Assembly (NCBI GenBank): GCA_964354255.1
Contig: CAYGYX010000004.1
Coordinates: forward strand, 10,374-74,373
Length of the DNA: 64,000 bases
Origin: an uncultured Acidimicrobiia bacterium
Lineage (GTDB): Bacteria > Actinomycetota > Acidimicrobiia > Spongiisociales > UBA11373
Direction of reading: 5' to 3'
The notes under the pieces were generated by a model that was not told where the DNA came from, searched no databases, and worked only from the letters and a program-made list of their open reading frames with translations. A program made the position numbers and the translations under genes. Each line of letters opens with the position of its first letter. Positions within the stretch are counted from its first letter, which is position 1. Below, one piece after another: positions 8,928 to 18,143 of this stretch.

Positions 8928-11651
8928 ATGACAGACTCCCCCGACACGGCCCCGGTCGCCTGGCACCTGCTCTCCGTCGCCGAAACGGCGCGCCGCCTGG
9001 GGACCGATCCGGCGGAGGGCCTCACCCCGGAGGAAGTCCCCGGACGCCTCGAGCGCCACGGGCCCAACGAACTCCAGGGCTCGGCCGGCCGGTCCCCTCT
9101 GGGCATCCTCTTCGACCAGGTCCGGGCCACCATGGTCCTGGTCCTGCTGGCGGCGGCCGGCCTCGCCGCCGCCCTCGGCGACGTCAAGACCACCGTTGCC
9201 ATCGGGGCCATCGTCGTGCTCTTCGTCCTCCTGGGCACCTTCCAGGAGCACAAGGCCGAGAAGGCCATCGCGGCCCTGAAACGCCTGGCCGTCCCCGAGG
9301 TCACCGTGGTGCGCGCCGGGCTACCCGAGAGCATCCCCGCCCGCCATCTGGTACCCGGCGACGTGGTCTTGCTGGAGGCCGGGGACCTGGTGCCCGCCGA
9401 CCTCCGCCTGGTCGAGACCGCCGGCCTCCGCATCCAGGAGGCCGCCCTCACCGGGGAGTCGGAGCCGATAACCAAGCAGACGGAGGCCCTCGACGGGGCG
9501 GGCTTGCCGCTTGGGGATCGCCGCAACCTCGCCTTCATGGGCACCGTCGTCACCCAGGGCCGCGGCACCGCCCTCGTGGTGGCCACCGGAATGGGCACCG
9601 AGCTGGGCAAGATCGCCGGCCTGCTCCAGCAGACGGGAGAGGGCCCCACTCCGCTGCAGCGCCGCCTGGACCGGGTGGGCAAGTACCTGGCCCTGGCCGG
9701 CTTCGGCGTGGCCGCCCTCGTCCTCGTGCTGGGCCTGTGGCGGGGCGACGACCTGCGCCACTTGCTCCTGACCGCGGTCTCGGTGGCGGTGGCCATCATC
9801 CCCGAGGGCCTCCCCGCTGTGGTCACCATCACCCTGGCCCTGGGGGCGCAGCGCATGCTGGCCCGGTCCGCCCTCATCCGCCGCCTGCCCGCCGTGGAGA
9901 CCCTGGGGTCGGTCACCATCATCTGCTCCGACAAGACCGGCACCCTCACCGAGAACCGGATGACGGTCGTGGTGCTTGACGTCGCCGACCACGAACTGGA
10001 CCTCACCGAGGACGTGGGCCGGGACGGGTCGGTGCGGGCCCGCCGCAACCCGGGCTCCCCGGCCACCTCCGCCCTGTCGCTCGCCGCCGTGGGCGGCGCC
10101 CTGTGCAACGACGCCCGCCTGGTGGATCGAGAGGGCGGCACCCATCACACCGTCGGCGACCCGACGGAGGGCGCCCTGGTGGCGGCGGCCGCTGCCATGG
10201 GCTACTGGAAGACCCACCTGGACGAGTCCCTGCCCCGCCAGGCCGAGGTGCCCTTCGACTCCGACCGCAAGCGCATGACCACCGTCCACCTCCTGGGCGA
10301 CCACGACCCTGCCCTGCTCCCCGGCCTCGAGCCGGGCAGCCACCAGAGCGTCGCCTTCACCAAGGGCGCCGCCGAGGGTTTGCTGGCGCTGTCGAGCCGC
10401 ATCTGGGTGGAGGGCGCCGCCCAACCCATCGACGACGCCTGGCGCATCCGCATCGCGGCCGCCGAGGAGCGTCTGGCCCGGCGCGGCATGCGAGTGCTGG
10501 GCATCGCCTTTCGCTTGCTTCCCTCCGCGCCCTCCGCGCCCGACGAGTCCCTGGAAACGGATCTCACCTTCGTGGGCCTCTTCGGCATGATCGACCCACC
10601 GCGCGCTGAGGTGGCCGACGCGGTGGCTACCTGCCGCGCCGCCGGAATCCAGCCCGCCATGATCACGGGGGATCACCCGCTCACTGCTCTCGAGATCGCC
10701 CGCCAGCTGGGCATCGCCGCCGGCAACCACGCTCTCACCGGAACCGACGTCGAGCGCCTCTCCCCGGAGGAGCTGCGCCGGGCGGTGGCCGACACCCGCG
10801 TCTTCGCCCGGGTGTCTCCCGAGCACAAGCTTCGCATCGTCGAGGCGCTGCAGCGCGAGGGCCACATCGTGGCGATGACCGGCGACGGGGTTAACGACGC
10901 CCCGGCGCTGCGCCGGGCCGATATCGGCGTCGCCATGGGGATCACCGGCACCGATGTCGCCAAAGAGGCCGCCGACATGGTGCTCCTCGACGACAACTTC
11001 GCCACCATCGTGAGCGCGGTCCGCGAAGGCCGCACCGTCTATGACAACATCCGCAAGTTCGTCCGCTTCTCGGTGGCGGGCAATGTCGGGAAGGTCCTGG
11101 TGATGCTCCTCGCCCCCTTCCTCGGCACCGCCGTCCCCCTCCTGCCCCTGCAGCTGCTCTGGCTCAACCTGCTGACGGACGGCCTGCTGGGCCTGGGGCT
11201 GGGCCTGGAGCCGCCCGAGCCCGCGGTCATGCAGCGGCCCCCCCAGTCCCCGGCCGAAGGCATCTTCCCCCGGCCCGCCGGGCTGCAGGTGGTCCTCATC
11301 GGCTTGCTGATCGGCGGGCTGGCACTAAGCCTGGGCACCTGGGCTTTCTACGCCGACCGCGGCACCTGGCAGACTCTGGTCTTCACTTCCCTCGCCTTCG
11401 CCCAGGTAGCCGAGGCGCTGGCGCTGCGCTCCCGCACAGGGCCCCGCCGCGCAGGCGGTCTGAGGGGCTTCCGCCTCGTCGCGGCCATGGCGGTTCTCGT
11501 CGTTGCGCTGCAACTTGCCGTCATCTTCACCCCGGGACTCAACGGGTTCTTCGGAGTCCGGGCCCTGGGCCCCATGGATCTCGCCCTGGCCGCGGCCGCC
11601 GGAGCACTCGTCTTCGCCGTGCTCGAGGCGGTCAAGTCCGCCCGCCGGTGA
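8928..11651 (+). CDS. cation-transporting P-type ATPase, type II (Ca2+/Mg2+ family, CtpF-like)
   Basis: N-terminal cation-ATPase domain (LSVAETARRLGTDPAEGLTPEEV). Phosphorylation motif ICSDKTGTLTEN. Hinge MTGDGVNDAPALRRADIGVAMG. TGES present, with 10 hydrophobic segments. Confidence 0.9.
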   Translation: MTDSPDTAPVAWHLLSVAETARRLGTDPAEGLTPEEVPGRLERHGPNELQGSAGRSPLGILFDQVRATMVLVLLAAAGLAAALGDVKTTVAIGAIVVLFVLLGTFQEHKAEKAIAALKRLAVPEVTVVRAGLPESIPARHLVPGDVVLLEAGDLVPADLRLVETAGLRIQEAALTGESEPITKQTEALDGAGLPLGDRRNLAFMGTVVTQGRGTALVVATGMGTELGKIAGLLQQTGEGPTPLQRRLDRVGKYLALAGFGVAALVLVLGLWRGDDLRHLLLTAVSVAVAIIPEGLPAVVTITLALGAQRMLARSALIRRLPAVETLGSVTIICSDKTGTLTENRMTVVVLDVADHELDLTEDVGRDGSVRARRNPGSPATSALSLAAVGGALCNDARLVDREGGTHHTVGDPTEGALVAAAAAMGYWKTHLDESLPRQAEVPFDSDRKRMTTVHLLGDHDPALLPGLEPGSHQSVAFTKGAAEGLLALSSRIWVEGAAQPIDDAWRIRIAAAEERLARRGMRVLGIAFRLLPSAPSAPDESLETDLTFVGLFGMIDPPRAEVADAVATCRAAGIQPAMITGDHPLTALEIARQLGIAAGNHALTGTDVERLSPEELRRAVADTRVFARVSPEHKLRIVEALQREGHIVAMTGDGVNDAPALRRADIGVAMGITGTDVAKEAADMVLLDDNFATIVSAVREGRTVYDNIRKFVRFSVAGNVGKVLVMLLAPFLGTAVPLLPLQLLWLNLLTDGLLGLGLGLEPPEPAVMQRPPQSPAEGIFPRPAGLQVVLIGLLIGGLALSLGTWAFYADRGTWQTLVFTSLAFAQVAEALALRSRTGPRRAGGLRGFRLVAAMAVLVVALQLAVIFTPGLNGFFGVRALGPMDLALAAAAGALVFAVLEAVKSARR

Positions 11652-11731
11652 TCGCGGCACGACGTCGGGTGTCGCGGCCCACCCTCCCCTCTGCCTTCCT
11701 CTAGGGTGAGCGCCGGCGACCGAGGAGGGGC

Positions 11732-12313
11732 TTGGGCGACACCGGGACGAGCCTGCTGCGCCGGGCGATCGTCGAGCGCGGGCGGGTCGAGGGAACCCTC
11801 CTCAAGGTCGATGACTTCCTGAACCACCGGGTCGACCCCGACCTGATCGTCGCGGTGGGGGACTCCCTGGCCGAACGCTTCGCCACCGCCACCCCCGACC
11901 TCGTGCTCACCGCCGAGGCCAGCGGCATCGCCCCGGCCCTCACCTGCGCCCAGCGCCTGCGGCTCCCCATGGTGTTCGCCAAGAAGTACCTCGGCCCCGG
12001 AGGACGGGACGTCTACTTCCGTGAGGTCTTCTCCCCCACGCGCGGGATGGAGTACCGGGTGGAGGTCTTCCGCCGGGCCCTCTCTCCCGGCCTCCGGGTC
12101 CTCATCATCGATGACTTCCTCGCCGGGGGCCGCACCGCCGAGGCCCTCGGAGAAATCGCCGAGGAGGCCGCCTGCCCGGTCGTCGGCTTGGGCTTCGCCA
12201 TCGAGAAGACCTTCCAGGACGGGAGGCGGCGCCTCGACGCCCACGGCTGGCGGGTGGAAGCCCTGGCCCGGGTCGCCTCGCTAGACGGCGGCCGCATCCT
12301 GTTCGCCGACTGA
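11732..12313 (+). CDS. xpt: xanthine phosphoribosyltransferase
   Basis: Aligns along its length with B. subtilis Xpt (LKVDDFLNHRVDP, VLIIDDFLAGG PRPP-binding loop, IEKTFQDG). TTG start with GAGGAGGGG RBS 5 nt upstream. Confidence 0.85.
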   Translation: MGDTGTSLLRRAIVERGRVEGTLLKVDDFLNHRVDPDLIVAVGDSLAERFATATPDLVLTAEASGIAPALTCAQRLRLPMVFAKKYLGPGGRDVYFREVFSPTRGMEYRVEVFRRALSPGLRVLIIDDFLAGGRTAEALGEIAEEAACPVVGLGFAIEKTFQDGRRRLDAHGWRVEALARVASLDGGRILFAD

Positions 12314-12793
12314 GGGCGTGTCGCCGGGGCTGCGTTTCCCCTCGCCCCGCCAGGCAGCCACCAGGTCCCACAGCGCTCCGACTGCCGCCACGCCTGTGCC
12401 GGTCACCAGGACCCAGAAGCCCAGGCCGGCCGCCGCACCCGGGCCCCCCGCCACGGCTTGCTCCAGAGCAGCGGCCACGACCGCGGCATCGTCCCCGGCT
12501 CCCTGCCAGGCCAGCAGCCCTCCGGCCACCGCCCCCACCGCCAGCAGCAGGCCGGCGACCGAGCCGACCCGGTCGGGCAGCCCGGAGCCCGGCCGAAAGG
12601 ACGCCGCCACCATCCCGGCCGCGAGCAAGGCGGCCGCCGGCCGCCCCCACCTTCCCAGTTCCTGCCAGATGCTCGGGACGCTCCCCCCGGTGACGGCCCG
12701 AAAGGCGGCGCCGTCCAGCGCGAGGTGCTTCAGGTACAGGGCTCCCGTGGCCACCAGCGTCCCCACCAGCACCGCGAGGCGTCCCGGCCTCAT
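12281..12793 (-). CDS. hypothetical membrane protein
   Basis: High-GC3 frame. 4-5 hydrophobic segments. Internal ATG (MRPGRLAVLVG) taken as start. The 3' end overlaps the xpt 3' end by ~33 nt, so the convergent stop is suspicious. Confidence 0.45.
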   Translation of the reverse strand: MRPGRLAVLVGTLVATGALYLKHLALDGAAFRAVTGGSVPSIWQELGRWGRPAAALLAAGMVAASFRPGSGLPDRVGSVAGLLLAVGAVAGGLLAWQGAGDDAAVVAAALEQAVAGGPGAAAGLGFWVLVTGTGVAAVGALWDLVAAWRGEGKRSPGDTPSVGEQDAAAV

Positions 12794-12894
12794 CTGTTGC
12801 TCCCGGCTCACTGCCCTCCAGGCTATCGACCCGGGGGGTAGGGCGGCCACCGATCGGGCGGCTAACCTCGCCTTTCCGGCGACCCTTCAGCACG

Positions 12895-13713
12895 GTGACT
12901 CGCACGCCCAACCCCCGCCCCCTCTACCCACCGACCCGGCTGGCCTTCCACGCCTCCCGGATCGTGATCGATGTCGGGGTCCTGCTGGTGCTCGGGTCGA
13001 TGAGCCTGCCCTTCGTCTCCGCCGAGAGCTTCGCGCAGCGGGCGGTGGCGGCCGACGCCCTCCCCGCCCTCCTCCTCTTCCTGCCCGTCTTCGTCATCAC
13101 CCTGCTACCCGACCAGACCCGGCCCGTCCCCGCCGCGCTCGGCTGGCCGTCTCTTCTCCTGGCGGCGACCGCCCTCCCCTATGCCGTGGTCAAGTACCTG
13201 GACGCCTCCACCCTGGCCGGCACACTGGACGGCAGTGTGGGCATGGGAGCGCGCATCCTGGTCCTCGGCGCCTTCGTCACCCTGGCCGGCATCGTCCTGG
13301 GACTCATCCGCGGCCTCCTCCACCTGCCGGCGGCGGGCACGTACCCGGCTCACCCCGAGCCGCCCCCGATCGAGGCAGCGGGCCCGCCCGGCCGCTGGGT
13401 CGCGCCGACCCCGGCGCCCGCCCGCCCGACGGCCAGGGCTTCGCCACCAGCCCCCCGCCCAGCGTCCCCTCGGCGCGGCACGGCGGTCATCCCCCGCCAG
13501 GGCGCCGACTCGCCCCGGCCCCGCCCCGCGTCCGCTCCGGCCACAGCCGACCCACCGCCCCGGGCGGTGCCGCGCCGGCCGGCCGGCCCCCCGCACCCGG
13601 CCGGGCCACCACCGCAGCCCCGTCCCTCCGACCCCGACACGGAGCCGACCCTCCCGGGGGTCAAGAGGGTCCGCAACTGGTGGCCGGACGACCTCGAAGA
13701 CCTCTTCTCCTGA
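12895..13713 (+). CDS. hypothetical membrane protein with long Pro-rich C-terminal tail
   Basis: Very high GC3. N-terminal ~150 aa are hydrophobic (4 TM). A ~110-aa Pro/Ala/Arg-rich low-complexity tail ends in NWWPDDLEDLFS. N-terminal region is paralogous to the next gene. Confidence 0.6.
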   Translation: MTRTPNPRPLYPPTRLAFHASRIVIDVGVLLVLGSMSLPFVSAESFAQRAVAADALPALLLFLPVFVITLLPDQTRPVPAALGWPSLLLAATALPYAVVKYLDASTLAGTLDGSVGMGARILVLGAFVTLAGIVLGLIRGLLHLPAAGTYPAHPEPPPIEAAGPPGRWVAPTPAPARPTARASPPAPRPASPRRGTAVIPRQGADSPRPRPASAPATADPPPRAVPRRPAGPPHPAGPPPQPRPSDPDTEPTLPGVKRVRNWWPDDLEDLFS

Positions 13714-13716
13714 GCC

Positions 13717-14100
13717 GTGCACCGTTCGCGCATCGTGATCCTCGCCGGTGTGGTGCTCGCCGGCTTGGCCCTTCTCCTGCCGCAGGCCCGGTTCCCCACC
13801 CTCGGCTTCGTCGACGGCTTCGCCGCCGACACCTGGCCGGTCATGCTGCCCCTCGCCCCGGTGGCCCTCCTGGCCGTCGTCGGCGACCGCGCCGAGGGCC
13901 ACCGCCCCCCGGTGGCGGCGGCGGGCCTGCTCCTCTCCTGCGCCGCCCTGGTGTTCGCGGTAGCCAAAGTCATCGACGCCGTCCTGGCGGTGCGCCCGAT
14001 GGAAGGAGCGGCGGTGGGAGCGGGGACCTGGGTGGTGGCCGCCGGCGCCGCCCTGGCGGTGCTGGGCAGCCTGCTCGCCTTCAGCCGGAGGATCGGCTGA
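13717..14100 (+). CDS. hypothetical small membrane protein (paralog of N-terminal region of 12895..13713)
   Basis: Shares the SRIVI...G(V)(V/L)L.G start and hydrophobic periodicity with the preceding gene. GTG start 4 nt after the upstream stop. Confidence 0.55.
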   Translation: MHRSRIVILAGVVLAGLALLLPQARFPTLGFVDGFAADTWPVMLPLAPVALLAVVGDRAEGHRPPVAAAGLLLSCAALVFAVAKVIDAVLAVRPMEGAAVGAGTWVVAAGAALAVLGSLLAFSRRIG

Positions 14101-14553
14101 TCACCCGGCCGGGACGGCGAAGACCACGGTGAGGGCCACCCCTACCCCCAGGTAGGCGAACCCGGCCACCACCTGCCAGAAGGCAGTGTGATTGGGCTCG
14201 GCACTGAGCCGGCGGCGTCGTCGTCCCACGGGATCACGCTCCCACGGCGGCCTCCCCCGGGCCGGGGCGCCGTCCCCCGCCGGTTCCCCGCGGCGGCTGC
14301 CCCTACCGGCGAACGCCTCCCCGACCCCACCGACCGGGTTCCCGTACCCACTCCCCCGCACCCCGCCCACCAGCAACAGCAGGGCGCCCAGGGCGCTGTA
14401 GGTGTAGCCGACGGCGTCGGTGATCCGGGCCGAGGTCGCCAGCCAGACCACCCCACCGATCAGGCCGCCGGCCCCCAGCCCGAGGGCGAAGGCGGCCAGG
14501 TAGCCGGGAAAACGCTCCCGGAGGGGACTCACCGCCGGCGGCGTGGCGTCCAT
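14101..14553 (-). CDS. hypothetical membrane protein
   Basis: High-GC3 ORF with 3-4 hydrophobic segments. Stop abuts the stop of the convergent 13717..14100 gene. Confidence 0.45.
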   Translation of the reverse strand: MDATPPAVSPLRERFPGYLAAFALGLGAGGLIGGVVWLATSARITDAVGYTYSALGALLLLVGGVRGSGYGNPVGGVGEAFAGRGSRRGEPAGDGAPARGRPPWERDPVGRRRRRLSAEPNHTAFWQVVAGFAYLGVGVALTVVFAVPAG

Positions 14554-14615
14554 CGGGCCAGGGTAACGGGGGGCCGGCGAGCCGGAGGGAGCGCCCGCCC
14601 TAAGCTCGGCGGTCG

Positions 14616-15491
14616 ATGCACCGCCCCCGGGTCGCTTACCTGGCTCTCGCCTTCGCCGCCCTGCTGTTCGGCTCCACCTTCGTCATCATCAAAGAGGCGA
14701 TCGCCAGCCTGCCCCCGCTCGCCTTCGTGGGCTGGAGGTTCCTGCTGGGGGGGGTGGTGCTGACCGCTCTCGCGCCGCCCCTGGGCCGGGCGGTGTGGCA
14801 CGACGGGGTGATCGCCGGGGTATGGCTCTTCGCCGGGTATGCCCTGCAGACGGTGGGCCTCGCCCACACCTCGGCCTCCAACTCGGGGCTGATCACCGGC
14901 CTCTACGTCGTCCTCACCCCGCTGGTGGCCGCGGCCGTCGCCCGCCGCGTCCCCGGGCTGCTCGTCTCCGGTGGGGCCCTGCTCGCCTTCGCCGGCCTCG
15001 CCCTCCTCACCCTGAACGACGGACTCAGCCTGCAGCGCGGTGACCTGCTCACCGTGGGGTGTGCCCTGTCTTATGCCGTCCACATCGTCTACCTGTCCCG
15101 GGTAGCCGCCCGCCACCGGGTCGTCCCTTTCACCGCCGTGCAGCTGCTGGTCACCGCCGCCGGGGGGCTGGCGGCTTCCGCCCTGTTCGAGGGACTGCCC
15201 CTCCCCCCCGCCGAGGCCTGGCCGGCTCTGCTCATGACCGGCCTGGCGGTCAGCGCCGGCGCCTTCCTCCTCCAGGTGTGGGCCCAGACGGTGATCGGCC
15301 CGTCGCGGACCGCCATCATCCTCGCCCTGGAACCGGCCTTCGCCGCGGCGGCGGCTGCCGTCGCGCTGGGCGAGCGCCTCTCCGGACGCGGCTGGGCCGG
15401 GGCAGCCCTGATCCTGGCCGGCATCTACCTGGCCCTGGCCGGGGAAGAGGAGCCGCTACCCACCGCCGAGGCGCTCACCCCCGCCCATTGA
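14616..15491 (+). CDS. EamA/DMT-family transporter
   Basis: 10 hydrophobic helices arranged as two EamA repeats. Conserved-looking loops (FGSTFVIIK, GYALQTVGLAHTSASN, LALEPAFAAAAA). Confidence 0.8.
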   Translation: MHRPRVAYLALAFAALLFGSTFVIIKEAIASLPPLAFVGWRFLLGGVVLTALAPPLGRAVWHDGVIAGVWLFAGYALQTVGLAHTSASNSGLITGLYVVLTPLVAAAVARRVPGLLVSGGALLAFAGLALLTLNDGLSLQRGDLLTVGCALSYAVHIVYLSRVAARHRVVPFTAVQLLVTAAGGLAASALFEGLPLPPAEAWPALLMTGLAVSAGAFLLQVWAQTVIGPSRTAIILALEPAFAAAAAAVALGERLSGRGWAGAALILAGIYLALAGEEEPLPTAEALTPAH

Positions 15492-15749
15492 GGAACGCCG
15501 GTCTTCGAGCACCCGGCGGCCGTAGAGGGCGAGGCGCAGCAGCATCAGCAGCAGGAAGAGGAGCACCACCAGGGCGGCCAGCAGCTCCGGCCCCTCGAAA
15601 TAGGCCGCCCGGCAGGAGGCGAGACCCCCATCACACAACCCCCAGCCGTCGCCGCCGCCCGCGAGGTCGAGCAGGACCAGCATGGGCACCAGCGCCACCC
15701 CCACCATGGCGGCGATGATCAACCCAATGGTCACGCGGATGACGGTCAC
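15456..15749 (-). CDS. hypothetical small membrane protein
   Basis: High-GC3 ORF with two hydrophobic segments. 3' end overlaps the EamA gene by ~35 nt, so extent is uncertain. Confidence 0.35.
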   Translation of the reverse strand: MTVIRVTIGLIIAAMVGVALVPMLVLLDLAGGGDGWGLCDGGLASCRAAYFEGPELLAALVVLLFLLLMLLRLALYGRRVLEDRRSSMGGGERLGGG

Positions 15750-15824
15750 CCGCCGAGGTTACCCCCCTTCCCCACACCGGCGACGCCCCTGGCGAGGCGA
15801 ATGACAGGCCTGTAACCTCGGCTC

Positions 15825-17495
15825 ATGACTCCCCAGCCCCCTGTCGCCGCCCGGGGTCGCCTGGACTACTTCCGGGAGCAGTTCACGCCCGCCGAGACCG
15901 CGGTGCTCGAGCGCTTCTTCACCAACACGACCGAGCCGGTCTTCGCGCTGATCAACCTGCCCGAGGTGGTCAAAGGGGCGCTGTTCGCCCGCTACAGCCG
16001 CACCACCGGCTCGTTGCGCCGCCTCTTCCTCGACGAGTTCTACGAGGCCCCCGAAGTCGCCATCGCCGCCGTCGCGGATCGAATGGGCGGGGAGGACCAG
16101 GCCGTCCGCATGGCGCGGGCCGAGGCCCTGTACCAGAAGGTGTTCACCGAATACGGAGACGACTCCGTGGCCCAACTGGGCGGGGCGCACCTGGCCTGCG
16201 AACAGGCCTCCAACCTGCTCACCAAGGTCCTGGAACGCGGCCGGCTGGCCTCCTATCTGGAGCAGAGCACCCGTTACCTGCGCTTCGACCGGCCGCTCGG
16301 CGGCCGCTACCGCTACCTGATCCCGCCCGAGTTAGCCGGGTCGTCGCTGGCCGCCGCCTACCGGCAAGTGCTGGACGGCCTCTTCGCCCTGTACTCCCGG
16401 CTGGTGAGCGTCCTCGAGGACCACTACCAGGCCCGCTACCCGCAGGCGGAATCGGACTCCGACGCGGTGTACCGAGCCAGCATCCGCGCCCGGGCCTACG
16501 ACGACCTGCGCGGCCTGCTGCCCGCCGCCACCCTCTCCAACCTCGGCATCTATGCCAGCGGGCAGGCCTTCGAGGCGCTCCTCCTGCGGATGCGTGCCCA
16601 CCCCCTGGCCGAGGCTCGCGAGTACGGCGGCCGCATGCTCAGCGAGCTGCGCCGGGTGATCCCGGCCTTCGTCCGCCGGGTCGATCTGCCCGATCGCGGC
16701 GAGGCCTGGAGCCGGTACTTCGCGGAGACGGCGGGTGGCATGGAGGAGATGGCCGCCCGATTCGCGCCCTCGCCCGAGCCGCGAGCGGAGGTGACGCTGG
16801 TCGACTGGGACCCCGACGCCGAGCGCAAGGTGGCCGCCGCCGCCCTGTATCCGCACACCGACCTGCCCGACGATCAGCTGCTCGACCACGTGCGCCGCCT
16901 GCCCGACGACCAGGTGGCAGCCCTCCTCTCGGCGTACGCCGGGCTCCGCGAGAACCGTCGCCACAAGCCGGGCAGGGGCATGGAGCGGGTGAGCTATCGC
17001 TTCGACCTGCTCTGCGACTACGGGATCTTCCGTGATCTGCAGCGCCACCGCATCCTCACCATCGACTGGCAGCGTCTGGGCACGGCCCACGGCTTCGTGA
17101 CCCCGCCGGCCCTCGAGGAGGCCGGGGCCGCCGGCGACTGGCAACAGGCCATGGAGCAGACGGCGTCCCTTCACTCCCGGCTGGCCCCGGCCCTGGGGCC
17201 CGACGTGGCCCAGTACGCCGTGCCCTTCGCCTACCGCATCCGCTTCTGCGTTCAGTTGAACGCCCGCGCCGCCTTCCACATGCTGGAGCTCCGCACCCAG
17301 CCGGGCGGCCATCCCGGCTACCGCCGGGTCTGTGCCGAGATGCACCGGCTCATCGGCGAACAGGCCGGGCACCACCGCCTCGCGGCCGCCATGACCTTCG
17401 TCGACCACGGCGAGCACGGACTGGAGCGGTTGGAGTCCGAACGCCGGGCGGCGGCCCGGCGGGCCGCGACGACCACCCGGGCCGACCGCGGCTAA
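15825..17495 (+). CDS. ThyX-family (FAD-dependent thymidylate synthase-like) protein, unusually long two-lobed form
   Basis: N-half carries a ThyX-like block HLACEQASNLLTKVLERGRLASYLEQSTRY (matches H.S..E.AS...RHR..S..QS.RY with RHR replaced by RGR). C-half carries RHR (IFRDLQRHRILT) and a ThyX-like distal block YAVPFAYRIRFCVQLNARAAFHMLELR. 556 aa against ~250 aa for canonical ThyX. Confidence 0.55.
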   Translation: MTPQPPVAARGRLDYFREQFTPAETAVLERFFTNTTEPVFALINLPEVVKGALFARYSRTTGSLRRLFLDEFYEAPEVAIAAVADRMGGEDQAVRMARAEALYQKVFTEYGDDSVAQLGGAHLACEQASNLLTKVLERGRLASYLEQSTRYLRFDRPLGGRYRYLIPPELAGSSLAAAYRQVLDGLFALYSRLVSVLEDHYQARYPQAESDSDAVYRASIRARAYDDLRGLLPAATLSNLGIYASGQAFEALLLRMRAHPLAEAREYGGRMLSELRRVIPAFVRRVDLPDRGEAWSRYFAETAGGMEEMAARFAPSPEPRAEVTLVDWDPDAERKVAAAALYPHTDLPDDQLLDHVRRLPDDQVAALLSAYAGLRENRRHKPGRGMERVSYRFDLLCDYGIFRDLQRHRILTIDWQRLGTAHGFVTPPALEEAGAAGDWQQAMEQTASLHSRLAPALGPDVAQYAVPFAYRIRFCVQLNARAAFHMLELRTQPGGHPGYRRVCAEMHRLIGEQAGHHRLAAAMTFVDHGEHGLERLESERRAAARRAATTTRADRG

Positions 17496-17704
17496 GGCCG
17501 CAGCGGAATGCGCAGTACCAGGTGGTCGCCGTCCACCGACCACGCTGCCGACGCCACCAGGGAATAGTCGGTGTGGTCCTGCTCCGCCGCCTCGACGTAG
17601 AGCCTGCGGGCCGGGCCTTCCAGCGGCGGGATGCCTCTCTCCCGGACCGCGGCGGCGCGCTGGCGGAAGCGCTCGAGGAAAGCGTCGACATCGAAATCGG
17701 CCAT
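17492..17704 (-). CDS. hypothetical small protein (70 aa)
   Basis: MADFDVDAFLERFRQRAAAVRERGIPPLEG... with good GC3. Its stop overlaps the stop of the ThyX-like gene (cTAa). Confidence 0.4.
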   Translation of the reverse strand: MADFDVDAFLERFRQRAAAVRERGIPPLEGPARRLYVEAAEQDHTDYSLVASAAWSVDGDHLVLRIPLRP

Positions 17705-17772
17705 GGGTCCTCCGTCCCGGTGGTGGGTCAAGGCTAGGTGGCTCCGGAGTGCCGCGTCGCTCCGCCGGGCCC

Positions 17773-18072
17773 TCAAGGCTGGCAGGCCCAGAAGAACCAC
17801 GGGCCCAGGCCCGAGGCCACCGACTCCCCCACCAAACAGGCGGCAGCGGCGCTGTTCGCCTCCGCGTCATCCGGGGTGGCGCCCGGGAACCCGGCCGCGG
17901 ACGCCCGTTCCGGCCAGTACCGGAGCAGGTGCTGGAACAGGCCGGCCGTTCCGCTGAGCGGGTTGACGATGGCGGGATCGCCGAGGCTCTCACCGGCCAA
18001 CACCGCCAGGGCCTGGTCCACCAGCTCAGCCGAAAAGTGGTGGGCCACCAGGGGCCGCCAACGCTCCACCAT
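17773..18072 (-). CDS. hypothetical small protein (99 aa) downstream of dnaE
   Basis: Last 99 codons of ORF 17773..19179 (MVERWRPLVAHHFSAELVDQ...). Only this part lies outside dnaE. Normal composition, unlike the Arg-rich upstream shadow frame. Confidence 0.35.
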   Translation of the reverse strand: MVERWRPLVAHHFSAELVDQALAVLAGESLGDPAIVNPLSGTAGLFQHLLRYWPERASAAGFPGATPDDAEANSAAAACLVGESVASGLGPWFFWACQP

Positions 18073-18143
18073 CGGAGCGAAGTGCCCGCTCTCCACCCCG
18101 GGCAGGGTGGTGGCCGAAGGGGCCGGGCCCGGCCCTCGGCCGG

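Noticed and set aside
11652-11731. Possible purine riboswitch upstream of xpt
   Set aside because: The spacer is only ~80 nt and very GC-rich. It has no purine-riboswitch conserved loops or junction nucleotides. Only a GAGGAGGGG RBS precedes a TTG start.
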